This document shows, in pieces, positions 1 to 9,472 of a stretch of DNA of 64,000 nucleotides. Below the pieces are notes generated by a model. It did not search any database. It was given only the letters and a program-made list of their open reading frames with translations, and was not told the DNA's origin. Position 1 is the first letter of the stretch. Each line of letters starts with the position of its first letter. A program made the translations under genes and the position numbers. The stretch lies in assembly GCA_963773815.1 (NCBI GenBank), contig CAVZCI010000014.1, positions 271,246 to 335,245 on the forward strand. The letters run 5' to 3'. The stretch comes from an uncultured Acidobacteriota bacterium. Its GTDB lineage: Bacteria; Acidobacteriota; Thermoanaerobaculia; UBA5066; DATFVB01.

Positions 1-1
1 G

Positions 2-994
2 AACGACTTCCTGCAGGTGGCCGGCTACTCCTTCCTCGCGGGAGCGGCGGCGCTCTTCGTGCGGCCCGCCGGGCGGGCCGCCGGGGCCGTCGCTGCGCTC
101 CTTCTCTTCGAGCTCTTCACGCGAGGATTCGACTCGCTGCCGTTTGCGCCGAAATCGTTCTACGACGCGGCCCCGGAAGCCGCCCGGATCGCGACCCGAG
201 CGGGCGGCCGCACGTACTTCGACCGGGAGGAGCAGATCGCGCTCGATCCCCTGCGCCCGATGCGGCCCGCGGTGTGGGGGCTTTCGTTCGCCGGGAACAA
301 CGACATCGACCGATTTTCGCCGCAACGGTCGTTCTTCTTCTCGCTCGATCTCTCCCGTCTTTCGTTTGCCGAGCCGCGAAAGGCCGCGCTCCTGCGGCTC
401 GCGGGCGTGCGATCGGTCTCGACGATCGATCCCGCGGCGGCGGTCGTTCCGGGCATGGAACCCCTCGCGGAGACGTCCGCCGGGCGGGTGCTGCGCGAGT
501 TGTCGGGAGGCCGCCGGCTTCGCGTGGTTTTCGGCGCCCGGGTCGTGCCGAATGAATCATCGGCGCGCGCGGCTCTCGCGGATCCGGCGTTCGATCCCGA
601 ATCGGAAGCGATCCTCGAGGGCGCAGCGCCGCTGCTGACGGCGGAGGGATTCGGAGGGGCCTCGGCCGTCGAGACGGGGCCCGACCGGGAAGTCGTCGAG
701 GCGACCGCCTCCTCTCCGGCCCTTCTCGTGCGGTCCGAGACGTTCGACCCGAATTGGACGGCGCGCATCGACGGGCGCGAGGTTCGCGTCGTTCCGGCGG
801 ACTTCGCGTTCCAGGCCGTCGCGCTGCCGGCCGGCCGCCACCGGATCGTGTTCCGATACCGGAATTCGCTCGTCCTCTGGGGAATGTTCGCTTCGCTCGC
901 GACGCTGTTCGGCTGCGCCCTTGCGCTGCGGGGGATGCGCGGCGGACGACCGCGCGTCCGATTTTCCGGAGTGACTTCCGCTCCGAAGGTGTAA
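2..994 (+). CDS. membrane protein, C-terminal part (5' end outside window), YfhO-like tail
   Basis: ORF open from the window edge to TAA 992-994. Terminal TM segment. Motif FDPNWTARIDGREVRVVPADFAFQAVALPAGRHRIVFRY resembles the conserved C-terminus of YfhO-type membrane proteins. Confidence 0.5.
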   Translation, partial: NDFLQVAGYSFLAGAAALFVRPAGRAAGAVAALLLFELFTRGFDSLPFAPKSFYDAAPEAARIATRAGGRTYFDREEQIALDPLRPMRPAVWGLSFAGNNDIDRFSPQRSFFFSLDLSRLSFAEPRKAALLRLAGVRSVSTIDPAAAVVPGMEPLAETSAGRVLRELSGGRRLRVVFGARVVPNESSARAALADPAFDPESEAILEGAAPLLTAEGFGGASAVETGPDREVVEATASSPALLVRSETFDPNWTARIDGREVRVVPADFAFQAVALPAGRHRIVFRYRNSLVLWGMFASLATLFGCALALRGMRGGRPRVRFSGVTSAPKV

Positions 995-1068
995 AATCCC
1001 GGGAACTCGAGCCCATCCTTGGAAACCGGATATCGGCCCGCCCCGGCGGCGCCGGAAAGGAGCACTCG

Positions 1069-1488
1069 ATGCAAGCGCTTCAGCAGATCGCCTGGCTCCC
1101 GGTTCTCGTCTCCACGGTCGCCGTCTTCGTCCTCGGGGCGCTCTGGTACACGGCCCTTTTCTCGAAACCCTGGGTGGCTTCCCGCGGGTACACGACGGAA
1201 CAGATGGCCGAGATGAAGAAACAGGGGATGGCGAAGGCGCTCATCTGGAATTTCCTCGCGAACCTCGTGACCTGCGCCGCGTTCTCGATCCTCGTTTCGT
1301 ACCTGAACCTCCACGTCGCGATGCAGGGGGCAAAGCTCGGGGTTCTCGTTGGAATCGGCTTCGCGGCCACGATCCTGCTCGTCCAGAACCTCTATTCGAT
1401 CGTGAAGATTTCCGGGTTCATGATCGACGCGGCGTACCAGCTCGTCGCGTTCGTCGTCATGGGGTGCATTCTGGCCGGCTGGAGATAG
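1069..1488 (+). CDS. DUF1761 family membrane protein
   Basis: ATG 1069 preceded by GGAAAGGAG. 139 aa with 4 hydrophobic segments. N-terminal LGALWYTALFSKPWVASRGY matches the DUF1761 signature. The longer ORF from 754 overlaps the upstream gene and is rejected. Confidence 0.7.
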   Translation: MQALQQIAWLPVLVSTVAVFVLGALWYTALFSKPWVASRGYTTEQMAEMKKQGMAKALIWNFLANLVTCAAFSILVSYLNLHVAMQGAKLGVLVGIGFAATILLVQNLYSIVKISGFMIDAAYQLVAFVVMGCILAGWR

Positions 1489-1561
1489 AGCGCGCAAGCC
1501 CGACTCCAAAACCGAGACCTATGCGCCGTGATTCCGGGGTCGGCAAGGCGGAGTCTCTGGA

Positions 1562-2830
1562 GTGAACGAAGACCGTGCGTCCCGCGTCGCCTTCTGGCCA
1601 GGCGTGATTTTCGTCACTCTTCTCTCCGCGGCTCTCCTGTCGATCGGCATCGCGAAACCCTGGCGGCTTCTCCATGAGGACAACGGCGCGTTTTTTACGA
1701 GCCTGGCCCTCTCCCACGAGCGACTGGGCCTCGAAGAGACGCGGGGATATGGGCTTTTCTACGATCCGCATACCGGTGAGCGAATCATTTACGCGCACCA
1801 CCCGCCCGGCCTCTCGCTTCTCCTGGCCGCCGCATTTTCGCTCACCCGTTCGGCCTCGCCCGCAGTAGCGCGCTCTCTGGCCGCCGGTTTTCAGCTCGCG
1901 AGCCTCTGGATCTTCTTGTTTCTCCTGCGGCAGTTCGTCGGTCCGGCGGAAGCGCTCCTGGGAGGAGCGCTCTTTGCCGTGCTGCCGATGGGCGCGTTCT
2001 TCGGTCGGATGGTCGGTCTCGAGGCGTTCACGCTTCTTGCCGTGATGGTCCAACTCGGAGCCTGGGTGAGCGCGCGCCGGGAACCCTCGCGTCGCGCGCT
2101 CGCGCTTCTCTCGCTCGGAATCGTGCTCGGCGGATTCCTCGATTGGTCGGCGCTCTTTTTTACCGCCGCAATCTTTTCGGCCGAGTGGTGGCAATGGAGG
2201 AAGGTTCGAGACAATGGCGTTCTCCTCGGCACGATCGTCCTTTCGGCCGCGGGCATCGTCGTGATTGATTTCCTCCACCTCTGGTATGCGGGCCACGGCA
2301 CTCTCTCGGCGGTACGACAGCTGACCCGGGTCGGGAGCACGGCGCCGGGGCGGCCGAATCTGTCGGTTATCCGATTCGTCGGGGGCCAGATCGACAACTA
2401 CCGGCGCTACTTCTCGATTACCGGTCTTGCGTCATCGCTCCTGTGCGCGGGCAGTCTGATATTGCCAGCGAGCGCATGGGGAAAGAGATTTCTCGGACCT
2501 TACTCGAATCCGCTCGGCCGTCGATTTTTGGGCGTGACGCTGCTTGCGGCGTCGGCCTACGTCCTCGCTGCTCCGCGGTGGGCGAAGATCCACTCGTACT
2601 GGCAATTCTTTTTCCTCCCGTTCGCGGTGACGAGCCTCCTCCTGGCCTTGACGGCGTGCTGGCAGGCGGGGGCTCGTTCCCACAAATCCGCGTGGCGCGC
2701 CCTTTTCTTCCTCATGGTGCTCGAAGTCGCCGCGACATCGATTTACGTCCTCCGCCTCCGGCACACGCGTCCCGGCGACTACGCGGTCGCGAAGAGCCGC
2801 GAGATCGAACGAACGTTCCTCTCCCCGTGA
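1562..2830 (+). CDS. GT-C fold glycosyltransferase (family 39 / ArnT-like) membrane protein
   Basis: 422-aa polytopic ORF with a GTG start. Periplasmic-loop motif YAHHPPGLSLLLAA is typical of ArnT/PMT-type transferases. Confidence 0.6.
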   Translation: MNEDRASRVAFWPGVIFVTLLSAALLSIGIAKPWRLLHEDNGAFFTSLALSHERLGLEETRGYGLFYDPHTGERIIYAHHPPGLSLLLAAAFSLTRSASPAVARSLAAGFQLASLWIFLFLLRQFVGPAEALLGGALFAVLPMGAFFGRMVGLEAFTLLAVMVQLGAWVSARREPSRRALALLSLGIVLGGFLDWSALFFTAAIFSAEWWQWRKVRDNGVLLGTIVLSAAGIVVIDFLHLWYAGHGTLSAVRQLTRVGSTAPGRPNLSVIRFVGGQIDNYRRYFSITGLASSLLCAGSLILPASAWGKRFLGPYSNPLGRRFLGVTLLAASAYVLAAPRWAKIHSYWQFFFLPFAVTSLLLALTACWQAGARSHKSAWRALFFLMVLEVAATSIYVLRLRHTRPGDYAVAKSREIERTFLSP

Positions 2831-2897
2831 GAATCACCGCGGAATGATCAGCTCGCGGATCGCTGGATTCGCCGCGATCCGAGCCGAGCGAGACCTT

Positions 2898-3881
2898 CTA
2901 CGGCAGGTCCTTCCCCGCATATCCCGTCAGCTCGACGTAGCTTTCCCCGGTCACGGGCCGGCCCGCCCGCGTGCCGGAGACGGAACACGCGCCTTCCCAG
3001 TAGGTGACACGCGTGGAGCGCGAGGTCACGAGCTCCTGGTCCGCGAGCAGCGGTGTGATCGTCAGCTCGATTCCCTTCGACGGGATTTTCACGATCCACC
3101 CGGCGGGATACGTCGCGCGCGTCTTCGGCGAGGTCCAGCTTCCGGTCGCGCGGACTTCGAAATCGGATCTCGAGAGGCTCGCCGCCTTTCCGTCCGCGCC
3201 GACGAGAGTTCCCGAGGAAAACCCGGAAACCGAGCCGTCCCGAAGCCGCAGTCGATACAGCATGAGCTCGGTGCCATCGGAGAGCTGCGCCGAAAACCAG
3301 TCCCATCCGGCGAGTCCCTCCGGAAGCCCGCCCGGCCCGAACTCGTGGTCGAACCAGGCGATTCCGGAAACGCGCTCCGACTTGCCGCCCGCCGTGATCG
3401 TTCCTTCGGCCTCGAGACGCGGGATCGAGACGTAATGCGAATAGTCGTCGCTCCCGGGGCCTTTCCGGGAAATTCCGCCGGACCCGTTCAGGATCGCCGG
3501 CGCCGAAGGGGTCAACTGCAGCTCGACGGCGTTCTCCCCGTTTCCGGCTTTCAGGACGTGGCGGCCCGCTTCCTCGCGGGCCTCCCAACCCTCGTTGAAC
3601 ACGAGCAGTCTCGCGGCGTCGGCCCCCGCGATTCCCGGAAAGGGCCGGTGCAGTTTTTCCTGGAACGTGAATTTCCGGCGGGAGAGATCGCTCACGGCGA
3701 AATGCGCGGCGTCGATGTCGTCGCCGTCGGCCAACTTCGCTCGGAAGAACGTCAGCTCGAACCCGAACCGCCTTCCGCTCGCCGCCCGGAGGTGTCCCGT
3801 GTAGTACCACCACTCCGCCTTCGAATCGGGGTGGGCGGCGAGCAGGTTCAGAACGGCGGCGGCCGCGGCGAGGAATTTCAC
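2898..3881 (-). CDS. secreted AttH / CrtC-hydratase-like lipocalin-domain protein
   Basis: GTG 3881 overlaps the TGA of the permease (GTGA). Signal-like VKFLAAAAAVLNLLAA, then EWWYYTGHL...FELTFFR...VSIPRLE...GIAWFDHEFG, the pattern of AttH-like proteins usually paired with FtsX ABC transporters. Confidence 0.65.
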   Translation of the reverse strand: MKFLAAAAAVLNLLAAHPDSKAEWWYYTGHLRAASGRRFGFELTFFRAKLADGDDIDAAHFAVSDLSRRKFTFQEKLHRPFPGIAGADAARLLVFNEGWEAREEAGRHVLKAGNGENAVELQLTPSAPAILNGSGGISRKGPGSDDYSHYVSIPRLEAEGTITAGGKSERVSGIAWFDHEFGPGGLPEGLAGWDWFSAQLSDGTELMLYRLRLRDGSVSGFSSGTLVGADGKAASLSRSDFEVRATGSWTSPKTRATYPAGWIVKIPSKGIELTITPLLADQELVTSRSTRVTYWEGACSVSGTRAGRPVTGESYVELTGYAGKDLP

Positions 3882-6430
3882 TCTTCCCTCAGCGCCTGCG
3901 CGGGATCGACGGCCGCCGCGAGCCGGGCGGGCGCGACGCTCGCGGCGAGGGTGACGAGCTGGACGAGCGTGAATGCGACCACGATCTCGAGCCACGGGAT
4001 CCGCGTCCGGATCGTCCACCCGAACGATTGGCGGTTGATCACGAGAATCAGGAGCGCGGCAAACGCCGAAGCGGCGAGCGTCGCGAGCAGCAGCGAACAG
4101 GCGCCGATCAGCCCCGCCTCGAGCGCGATCGAACCCCGAAGCTGTCCCGGCGACGCGCCGAGGACGCGCAGGAGGCCGAGGTCGCGGCGTCGCTCGAGGA
4201 TCAGCGAAAACAGCGCGTTGACGACACCGAGGACCGCGACGATCAGGGCGATTCCCTCGAGGCCGTACGTGACCGCAAAGGTCGCGTCGAAGATGCGCAG
4301 CACCTCCGAGCGGAGCGTCCGGTTCGTCAGGATCGTGAAGGCGAACCTCCCCGCGGCGGCCGCGAGAATCCGGTCGCGAAGCCGCTCGGGAGAAACTCCG
4401 GGCGCCGCCGTGATGCCGATCGTCGTGAGCGACGGATCGTGGAACAGGGCGAGAAACATCGGCCGGTCGAGCACGACGGTCCCCCGGTCGTTGGAGAAGT
4501 CGGAATAGACGTCCGCGATCGGGAACGTCCTCGGGCCCCGGGGAGTCGGGATCGTCACCCGGTCGCCCGCCCATTTCCGAAAGCGCCGCGCAAACGGTTC
4601 CGAGACGAAGACTTCTCCGTGCGCGCGCGCCTCGGAAAGCGCGGCCGCCGGGTCGCGCCGGGAAAAGAACGGCAGGCCTCCCGTCTTCGTGCCGATTCCG
4701 AAATCTCCCGAGCCGATCGTGAAGGGTACGCCGTTCTCGTCGGTCACGTCGATCGCGCGAAAGGGATCGACGAGAGCGACGCCGGGGATGCGCCGCAGGA
4801 AATCGGCGGCCTCGCCCGGAATCGTGCCGATGAGCCCCCGGCGGCTTCCCGTCGCCGACTTCAGGAACAGGTCCGACGCCGCGCTCTGGTTCACCCAGGT
4901 TCGGACGGTTTCCCGCAGCGACGAGATCATGACCGCCATCGCGGCCGTCATGCCGAGAGCGAGGGAAAGCGCGGCGATCGCGACGGCATTTCGCGACACG
5001 TTGCCGGAAAAGAAGGCGCACGCGAGGCGGCCGGGCGCGCGAAAAATCCGGCGGGCCGCGCCGCGGACGCCGCGTTCGACCGTGAGGGCCGCCGCCGGGG
5101 AAAGGAGCGCGAGCGCGCCGACGGCGCAGGCCATGGCAGCGAACCCGAACGCGGGAAATCCGGCGACTGGCGGGAGGAACGCGGCCCCGAGGCCCGCGAG
5201 GAGCAGCGCGAATGCGGCCGCGGCGAACCTCGGCGCGCGAAGGCGGCGGCCTGATTCGACGGATCCCGGGCGCATCGTGGTCGCGGGCGCGACGCTCGCC
5301 GCTTCGGCGGCGGGCGCGAGCGAGGCCGCGAGAGAAGCGAGGAGTCCCACGGCGGCAGCCGTCAGGAAGGGCTCGGCGGACTGCGAAAGCGCGAGCGACG
5401 CCGTCGGCTGGTAGATGTTGACGACGGTTCCCCCGACCGCGGAAATCGCGGCTCGAGACAGCGCGAAGCCGAGCGCCTCGCCCGCGGCGGTTCCCGCGAC
5501 GCCGATCGCGAGCCCTTCGGCCACGAAAGCCCGAAAAATCGACCGCCGTGAAGCGCCGAGCGCCCGGAGAGTCCCGATCTCCGGTCGCCGGCGAAGCACC
5601 GAGATCGACAGGGTGTTGTAGATCAGGAACATTCCGACGAGGAGCGCGATCGATCCGAGGGCCGCGAGGTTGAAGCGAAACGCGCGCGTCATCTTGTCGG
5701 CGGTTTCGCTTCGAGCTTCGGGCCGCTCGACGCGAGCGCCGGGAGGCAGAGAGCCGGAAACGCGCGCTCGGACCGGATTGAAAGGGACCGAGCCGGGAAA
5801 GGCGATGTCGATTCGATCGACGCGGCCCCGCAGCTCGAAGAGCTCCTGCGCGGTTCGCAGGCCCGTCACGAGCACCTGTCCCCCCGAGGCGCGCGCGGGG
5901 CCCGTGAATTCGAGAATTCCGGCCAGGACGAGCGTCTTCCGGCGGCCGTTGACGAAAAGCGGAATTTCGCCCCCGAGCCGGGACCGGTGGCGCTCCACGA
6001 ACGGGAGAGGCGCGAGCGCCGTGTTCTTCTCGAAGATCTTCTCGAGCCCGGTCTTCGGGGCGAGAACGCGGTACGAGCGCAGGGGTCCCTCGCTCGTCGC
6101 GTCGACTCCGAGGATTTCGACCGGCTCGTCGCTGCCGTCCGCCGCGACCGCGAAACGGTCGATCGCCGGCGCAAAGGAGCCGATCTTCCACAGCCAGCGA
6201 AGCTTCGCCCCCGCTTCTTCCGGCAGGCCGTCGATGCCCCGCACGGTCAGCCGGGCCTTTCCCGAAACGGACTCGACCGCGCCGCGGAACGAGGCGACGA
6301 TGCTCTCGTTCGCGCGGTGGATCGAGGCCACGGCCGCGACCCCGATCGCGACTCCGGCGATCGACAGGAGCACCCGGAAAGGGTCCCGCCGGGCGGGACG
6401 AAGGACGAGGCCGAGGAACACGGGGCTCAC
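3878..6430 (-). CDS. ABC transporter permease with two FtsX domains (YbbP/MacB-like)
   Basis: 880-aa ORF with two FtsX 4-TM modules. I place the start at GTG 6430 (VSPVFLGLVLRPARRDPFRVLLSIAGVAIG) because the first 30 codons from ATG 6520 translate a palindromic repeat. Confidence 0.8.
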   Translation of the reverse strand: MSPVFLGLVLRPARRDPFRVLLSIAGVAIGVAAVASIHRANESIVASFRGAVESVSGKARLTVRGIDGLPEEAGAKLRWLWKIGSFAPAIDRFAVAADGSDEPVEILGVDATSEGPLRSYRVLAPKTGLEKIFEKNTALAPLPFVERHRSRLGGEIPLFVNGRRKTLVLAGILEFTGPARASGGQVLVTGLRTAQELFELRGRVDRIDIAFPGSVPFNPVRARVSGSLPPGARVERPEARSETADKMTRAFRFNLAALGSIALLVGMFLIYNTLSISVLRRRPEIGTLRALGASRRSIFRAFVAEGLAIGVAGTAAGEALGFALSRAAISAVGGTVVNIYQPTASLALSQSAEPFLTAAAVGLLASLAASLAPAAEAASVAPATTMRPGSVESGRRLRAPRFAAAAFALLLAGLGAAFLPPVAGFPAFGFAAMACAVGALALLSPAAALTVERGVRGAARRIFRAPGRLACAFFSGNVSRNAVAIAALSLALGMTAAMAVMISSLRETVRTWVNQSAASDLFLKSATGSRRGLIGTIPGEAADFLRRIPGVALVDPFRAIDVTDENGVPFTIGSGDFGIGTKTGGLPFFSRRDPAAALSEARAHGEVFVSEPFARRFRKWAGDRVTIPTPRGPRTFPIADVYSDFSNDRGTVVLDRPMFLALFHDPSLTTIGITAAPGVSPERLRDRILAAAAGRFAFTILTNRTLRSEVLRIFDATFAVTYGLEGIALIVAVLGVVNALFSLILERRRDLGLLRVLGASPGQLRGSIALEAGLIGACSLLLATLAASAFAALLILVINRQSFGWTIRTRIPWLEIVVAFTLVQLVTLAASVAPARLAAAVDPAQALREE

Positions 6431-6441
6431 CGCACGAGCAG

Positions 6442-6505
6442 ACCTCACCCCCCGTCCCCCTCTCCGTCGACGGAGAGGGGGTGGCCGGAGGCCGGGGGTG
6501 AGGTC
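6442..6505. repeat. REP-like nested palindrome (copy 1)
   Basis: Outer 11-bp inverted repeat acctcaccccc / gggggtgaggt encloses a perfect 26-nt palindrome ccccctctccgtcgacggagaggggg. A second copy lies at 34084-34145. Confidence 0.75.
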
Positions 6506-6512
6506 GGTAGAT

Positions 6513-7187
6513 TCAGACAACCCTGCCGTCCTTGAGCCGCACGACGCGGTCCGCGCGGCTCGCCGCTTCGGCGGAGTGGGTCGCGAGAAGAACGGTGACT
6601 CCTTCCTCGCGCCGGAGCGCGTCGATCAGGTCCAGCACCGAGGTCCCGGCCGCGGAGTCGAGATTGCCGGTCGGTTCGTCGGCGAGCAGGAGCGCGGGCT
6701 TCGCCGAAAGCGCGCGCGCCACCGCGACCCGCTGCAGCTGTCCGCCCGAGAGCTCGTAAGGGTAAGCACGCTCCCGGTCCGACAGGCCGACGCGCGCGAG
6801 CAGCTCTCGCGCCCGGCCCGGCGCTTCCGGCGAGTCGTCGAGCGCGAGCGGCAGCTCGACGTTCTCGAGCACGGTCAGCGCGGGAAGGAGGTTGAAGAAT
6901 TGAAACACGGTTCCGACCCGGCGCCGGCGGTAGAGCGTCAGCTCACGCTCGGGCAGGAGCGCGAGATCGCTCCCGGCGACCCGGACGCTGCCCGACGTCG
7001 CGGCGTCGATCCCGCCGGCGAGGTGGAGCAGCGTGGATTTTCCGCAGCCGGAGGGCCCGACGATCGCGACGAATTCGCCCTCACGGATCCGAAGATCGAC
7101 CGCGTCGAGCGCTTTCGTGCCGCGCGCGCCGCCGTACATTTTCGTGACGTTGTCGAAGAGGATTTCGGCTCCCACCTCCGGGAGCAT
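6513..7187 (-). CDS. ABC transporter ATP-binding protein (LolD/MacB-type)
   Basis: Walker A GPSGCGKST, signature LSGGQLQRVAVARAL, Walker B LLLADEPT. Confidence 0.9.
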   Translation of the reverse strand: MLPEVGAEILFDNVTKMYGGARGTKALDAVDLRIREGEFVAIVGPSGCGKSTLLHLAGGIDAATSGSVRVAGSDLALLPERELTLYRRRRVGTVFQFFNLLPALTVLENVELPLALDDSPEAPGRARELLARVGLSDRERAYPYELSGGQLQRVAVARALSAKPALLLADEPTGNLDSAAGTSVLDLIDALRREEGVTVLLATHSAEAASRADRVVRLKDGRVV

Positions 7188-7213
7188 AACGAATCGGCCC
7201 TTCCCCGCGGTCG

Positions 7214-7219
7214 TATAAT
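7214..7219 (+). promoter_or_regulatory. candidate -10 box (TATAAT) in the divergent ABC / ECF-sigma intergenic region
   Basis: Perfect TATAAT in a 41-nt intergenic gap of a high-GC genome. No convincing -35. It sits only about 10 nt before the TTG start, so the start or a leaderless mode is uncertain. Confidence 0.3.
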
Positions 7220-7228
7220 GCTCTCAAC

Positions 7229-7765
7229 TTGGCGCAGGAATTGTCCGCGGCTGTCCCGCCGGTCCGGGAGTCGGACGAAGATGTGTTGCGGGCCGTCCTG
7301 CCCGCCGCGAGAAAGATTGCTCAATTCGGATTCCGAATCCCGCCGCAGGACGTGGACGACGTCCTCCAGCAGGCTTCCATCGACTTCCTGGTGCAGTCGC
7401 GCCGTGGCGGCCGGGCGACCGGCGGATTGATGATCGTCATCGCGCGCCGCCGCTGCCTGGACTATTGGAGAAGCCGTTACCGTTCCGGAGGGAAGGAAGT
7501 CGCGCTCGACGAGCTTCGCGAAGAGGACTGCGCCTATCCCGTGGAATGCGCTCCGGAGGCCGAGCCGGTTGCGGCGGGGTTACGTCTCGCGCAGACATGG
7601 CCTTCCCTGTCGGAAAACTGCCGCCAGGTCCTCGCGTCCCGATTCTGGAAGAACCGGCGCACGTCCGACCTCGCCGAGACGATGGGCTACAAGCCGGACA
7701 GCGTGAAACGGATGATCAGCCGCTGCCTCGGCCGGCTCCGCCGCAGCCTGGGAGAAGCCACATGA
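7229..7765 (+). CDS. ECF-type RNA polymerase sigma-70 family factor
   Basis: 178 aa. Region 2-like DVDDVLQQASIDFL...RRRCLDYWR and region 4 HTH RRTSDLAETMGYKPDSVKRMISRCLGRLR. Stop overlaps the next start (ATGA). Confidence 0.75.
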   Translation: MAQELSAAVPPVRESDEDVLRAVLPAARKIAQFGFRIPPQDVDDVLQQASIDFLVQSRRGGRATGGLMIVIARRRCLDYWRSRYRSGGKEVALDELREEDCAYPVECAPEAEPVAAGLRLAQTWPSLSENCRQVLASRFWKNRRTSDLAETMGYKPDSVKRMISRCLGRLRRSLGEAT

Positions 7766-9102
7766 ACGCGACTCCGAGACGACATTTCGAAGAGCTGGAC
7801 TGGCTCGATTACGCGCAGGGAGAAGCCGGCCGGTCTCTCGCCGGCGAGATGCAGCATCACCTTTCCGAGTGTTCGGATTGCCGCCTTCGGCTCGAATCGA
7901 TTCGGCGGCTCGCCGCCGCGCTGCCTTTCGCGCGAGACCTCGTCGAGGGCGATTCGAACCTGCCGGAAGAGGAAGGAACGGCGATCGACCTCGGCTCGAT
8001 CGTGCGCCGGGCGCGAGAGAGCGCGGACGCAATCGCACCGGACCGCGAAGAAACGCGCGCCGAAATCGTCGAGGCGTTCTCGTCCGCGGGCCGGGAGGGT
8101 TTTCCGTGGGCCGCCCCTTTTTACGAAGCGGCGCGCGCGCTCACGCGAGAGCTCCTGCGAACGGACGTTCCGCTCGCGGGCCGCATCGCCCGGTCGGCGC
8201 TTTCCGCTCTCGAGAAGGCTCCGGGCCGCGAAGCTCTGCGCTCCGACGGCCTCGAAGGCGTGTTGCGGACGGTTGCGGCCTACGTCCTGTTCTCCGAAGG
8301 GGAGTCGGAGCGGGCTCTCGAAGAGCTCGAAAGGGCCCGGCCCATCCTCGAGACTCTCAGCCGCGTTCCCGAAGACGAGCTCTCGCTCTGGAGCTACGTG
8401 AGCGCGCTCGCCCTGAGGGATCTCGGCCGCGCGGAGGCCGCCCTCGCGGCGCTCGATCTCGCGGAAAGGCTCCAGGGCCTTCTCGAGGATTTTCCGCGCC
8501 AGGCTCGTTGTCGGATCGTTCGCGCGGTGATCCTCGCCGATCTCGGACGGCGGCAGGACGCGATTCGGATTTACGAGGGGCTCCTGGCTCGGGGCGGCGC
8601 GGAGTTGGAAGACGCGCGCCTCCTGGGAACCATCCATTTGAATCTCGGCAGCGATTTGATCCACGTGAATCGCCTCGCAGAGGCAAAGCGCGAGTATGCA
8701 AAGGCCGCGGAGATCATTCGACGGACGGGTGAGCTCAGAAAGCTGGTGAGCATTCGCGCAGGTCTCGTCGAAGTTGCGAGGCTCGAGGAACGCTATCAGG
8801 CCGTTTACGATATCGGCATCCAGCTGCGCGCGGACTATCGTTCGCAGAATCTCGGCTGGGATGAGATTCGGATCGAGTTGCGGATCGCCGAAGCGCTCCT
8901 TCATCTCGGCCGCGAAGCCGAGGCCCGGAAGGCGTGCGGAAAGATCCTTCCCCGGATTCACGAGCTCGGGCTCTCGGCCGAAGCCGCTCGCGCCGTCGAA
9001 TACCTGACCGAGGCGGAGCTCAGCTTCGCGAGCCTCGAAAAGGTCAGCCGTTTCTTCGACCGCCACAGGAAAGACGACACGCAGCGGTGGTCCGCCGCCT
9101 GA
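7762..9102 (+). CDS. anti-sigma factor (zf-HC2) with TPR-like C-terminal domain
   Basis: ATG 7762 is translationally coupled to the sigma gene. HLSECSDC is the HxxxCxxC zinc motif. The rest is helical-repeat rich. No obvious TM segment. Confidence 0.6.
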   Translation: MNATPRRHFEELDWLDYAQGEAGRSLAGEMQHHLSECSDCRLRLESIRRLAAALPFARDLVEGDSNLPEEEGTAIDLGSIVRRARESADAIAPDREETRAEIVEAFSSAGREGFPWAAPFYEAARALTRELLRTDVPLAGRIARSALSALEKAPGREALRSDGLEGVLRTVAAYVLFSEGESERALEELERARPILETLSRVPEDELSLWSYVSALALRDLGRAEAALAALDLAERLQGLLEDFPRQARCRIVRAVILADLGRRQDAIRIYEGLLARGGAELEDARLLGTIHLNLGSDLIHVNRLAEAKREYAKAAEIIRRTGELRKLVSIRAGLVEVARLEERYQAVYDIGIQLRADYRSQNLGWDEIRIELRIAEALLHLGREAEARKACGKILPRIHELGLSAEAARAVEYLTEAELSFASLEKVSRFFDRHRKDDTQRWSAA

Positions 9103-9178
9103 TTTCCTTCCCGGTTTAGCCGTTCGCGCTGTCCCGTTTTCCTCCGCTCCGCGATGAGCAGGACAAAGGAGGAAAACC

Positions 9179-9394
9179 ATGAGAAAATCTCTTCTCGCGT
9201 TTTCCCTGTCGCTCCTCGTCTCCGTCCAGCTCCTCGCCGTTCCCCACAGGCCTGTCCACCGGCCGATGGCCCCGAAGGTCTCGCCGATCGCGCATTTCCT
9301 CGCGCAAATCCGGTCGATCCTGCGGGGAGACCAGCTTGCGACCGGCGAGCATGAGCTTCCGCCGCCGCCCTCGACCGTCATCGCCGGGAGTTAG
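9179..9394 (+). CDS. small secreted protein (71 aa), unknown function
   Basis: Strong SD AAGGAGG 7 nt before ATG. Signal peptide MRKSLLAFSLSLLVSVQLLA. Followed by an intrinsic terminator. Confidence 0.55.
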   Translation: MRKSLLAFSLSLLVSVQLLAVPHRPVHRPMAPKVSPIAHFLAQIRSILRGDQLATGEHELPPPPSTVIAGS

Positions 9395-9429
9395 GAACTC
9401 GTCCGGGTCGAAGATTTAGCTCGATTTTC

Positions 9430-9461
9430 GGGACACGTCGAAAAAACGTGTCCCTTTTTTT
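9430..9461 (+). terminator. rho-independent terminator
   Basis: 8-bp stem gggacacg/cgtgtccc with a 9-nt loop, followed by T7. Confidence 0.8.
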
Positions 9462-9472
9462 GCGTCCCCGCG

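Noticed and set aside
2898-6191. 1097-aa minus-strand ORF
   Set aside because: Only its last 327 codons (from GTG 3881) look like protein (AttH-like). The rest is an Arg/Pro-rich out-of-frame read-through of the FtsX permease gene, typical of high-GC DNA.
6431-6520. N-terminal 30 codons of the permease ORF (ATG 6520)
   Set aside because: They are the translation of the REP-like nested palindrome. GTG 6430 gives a normal FtsX N-terminus.
7465-7761. 99-codon N-terminal extension of the anti-sigma ORF
   Set aside because: It is entirely overlapped by the sigma-factor gene in another frame. ATG 7762, coupled by ATGA to the sigma stop, starts the conserved zf-HC2 region.
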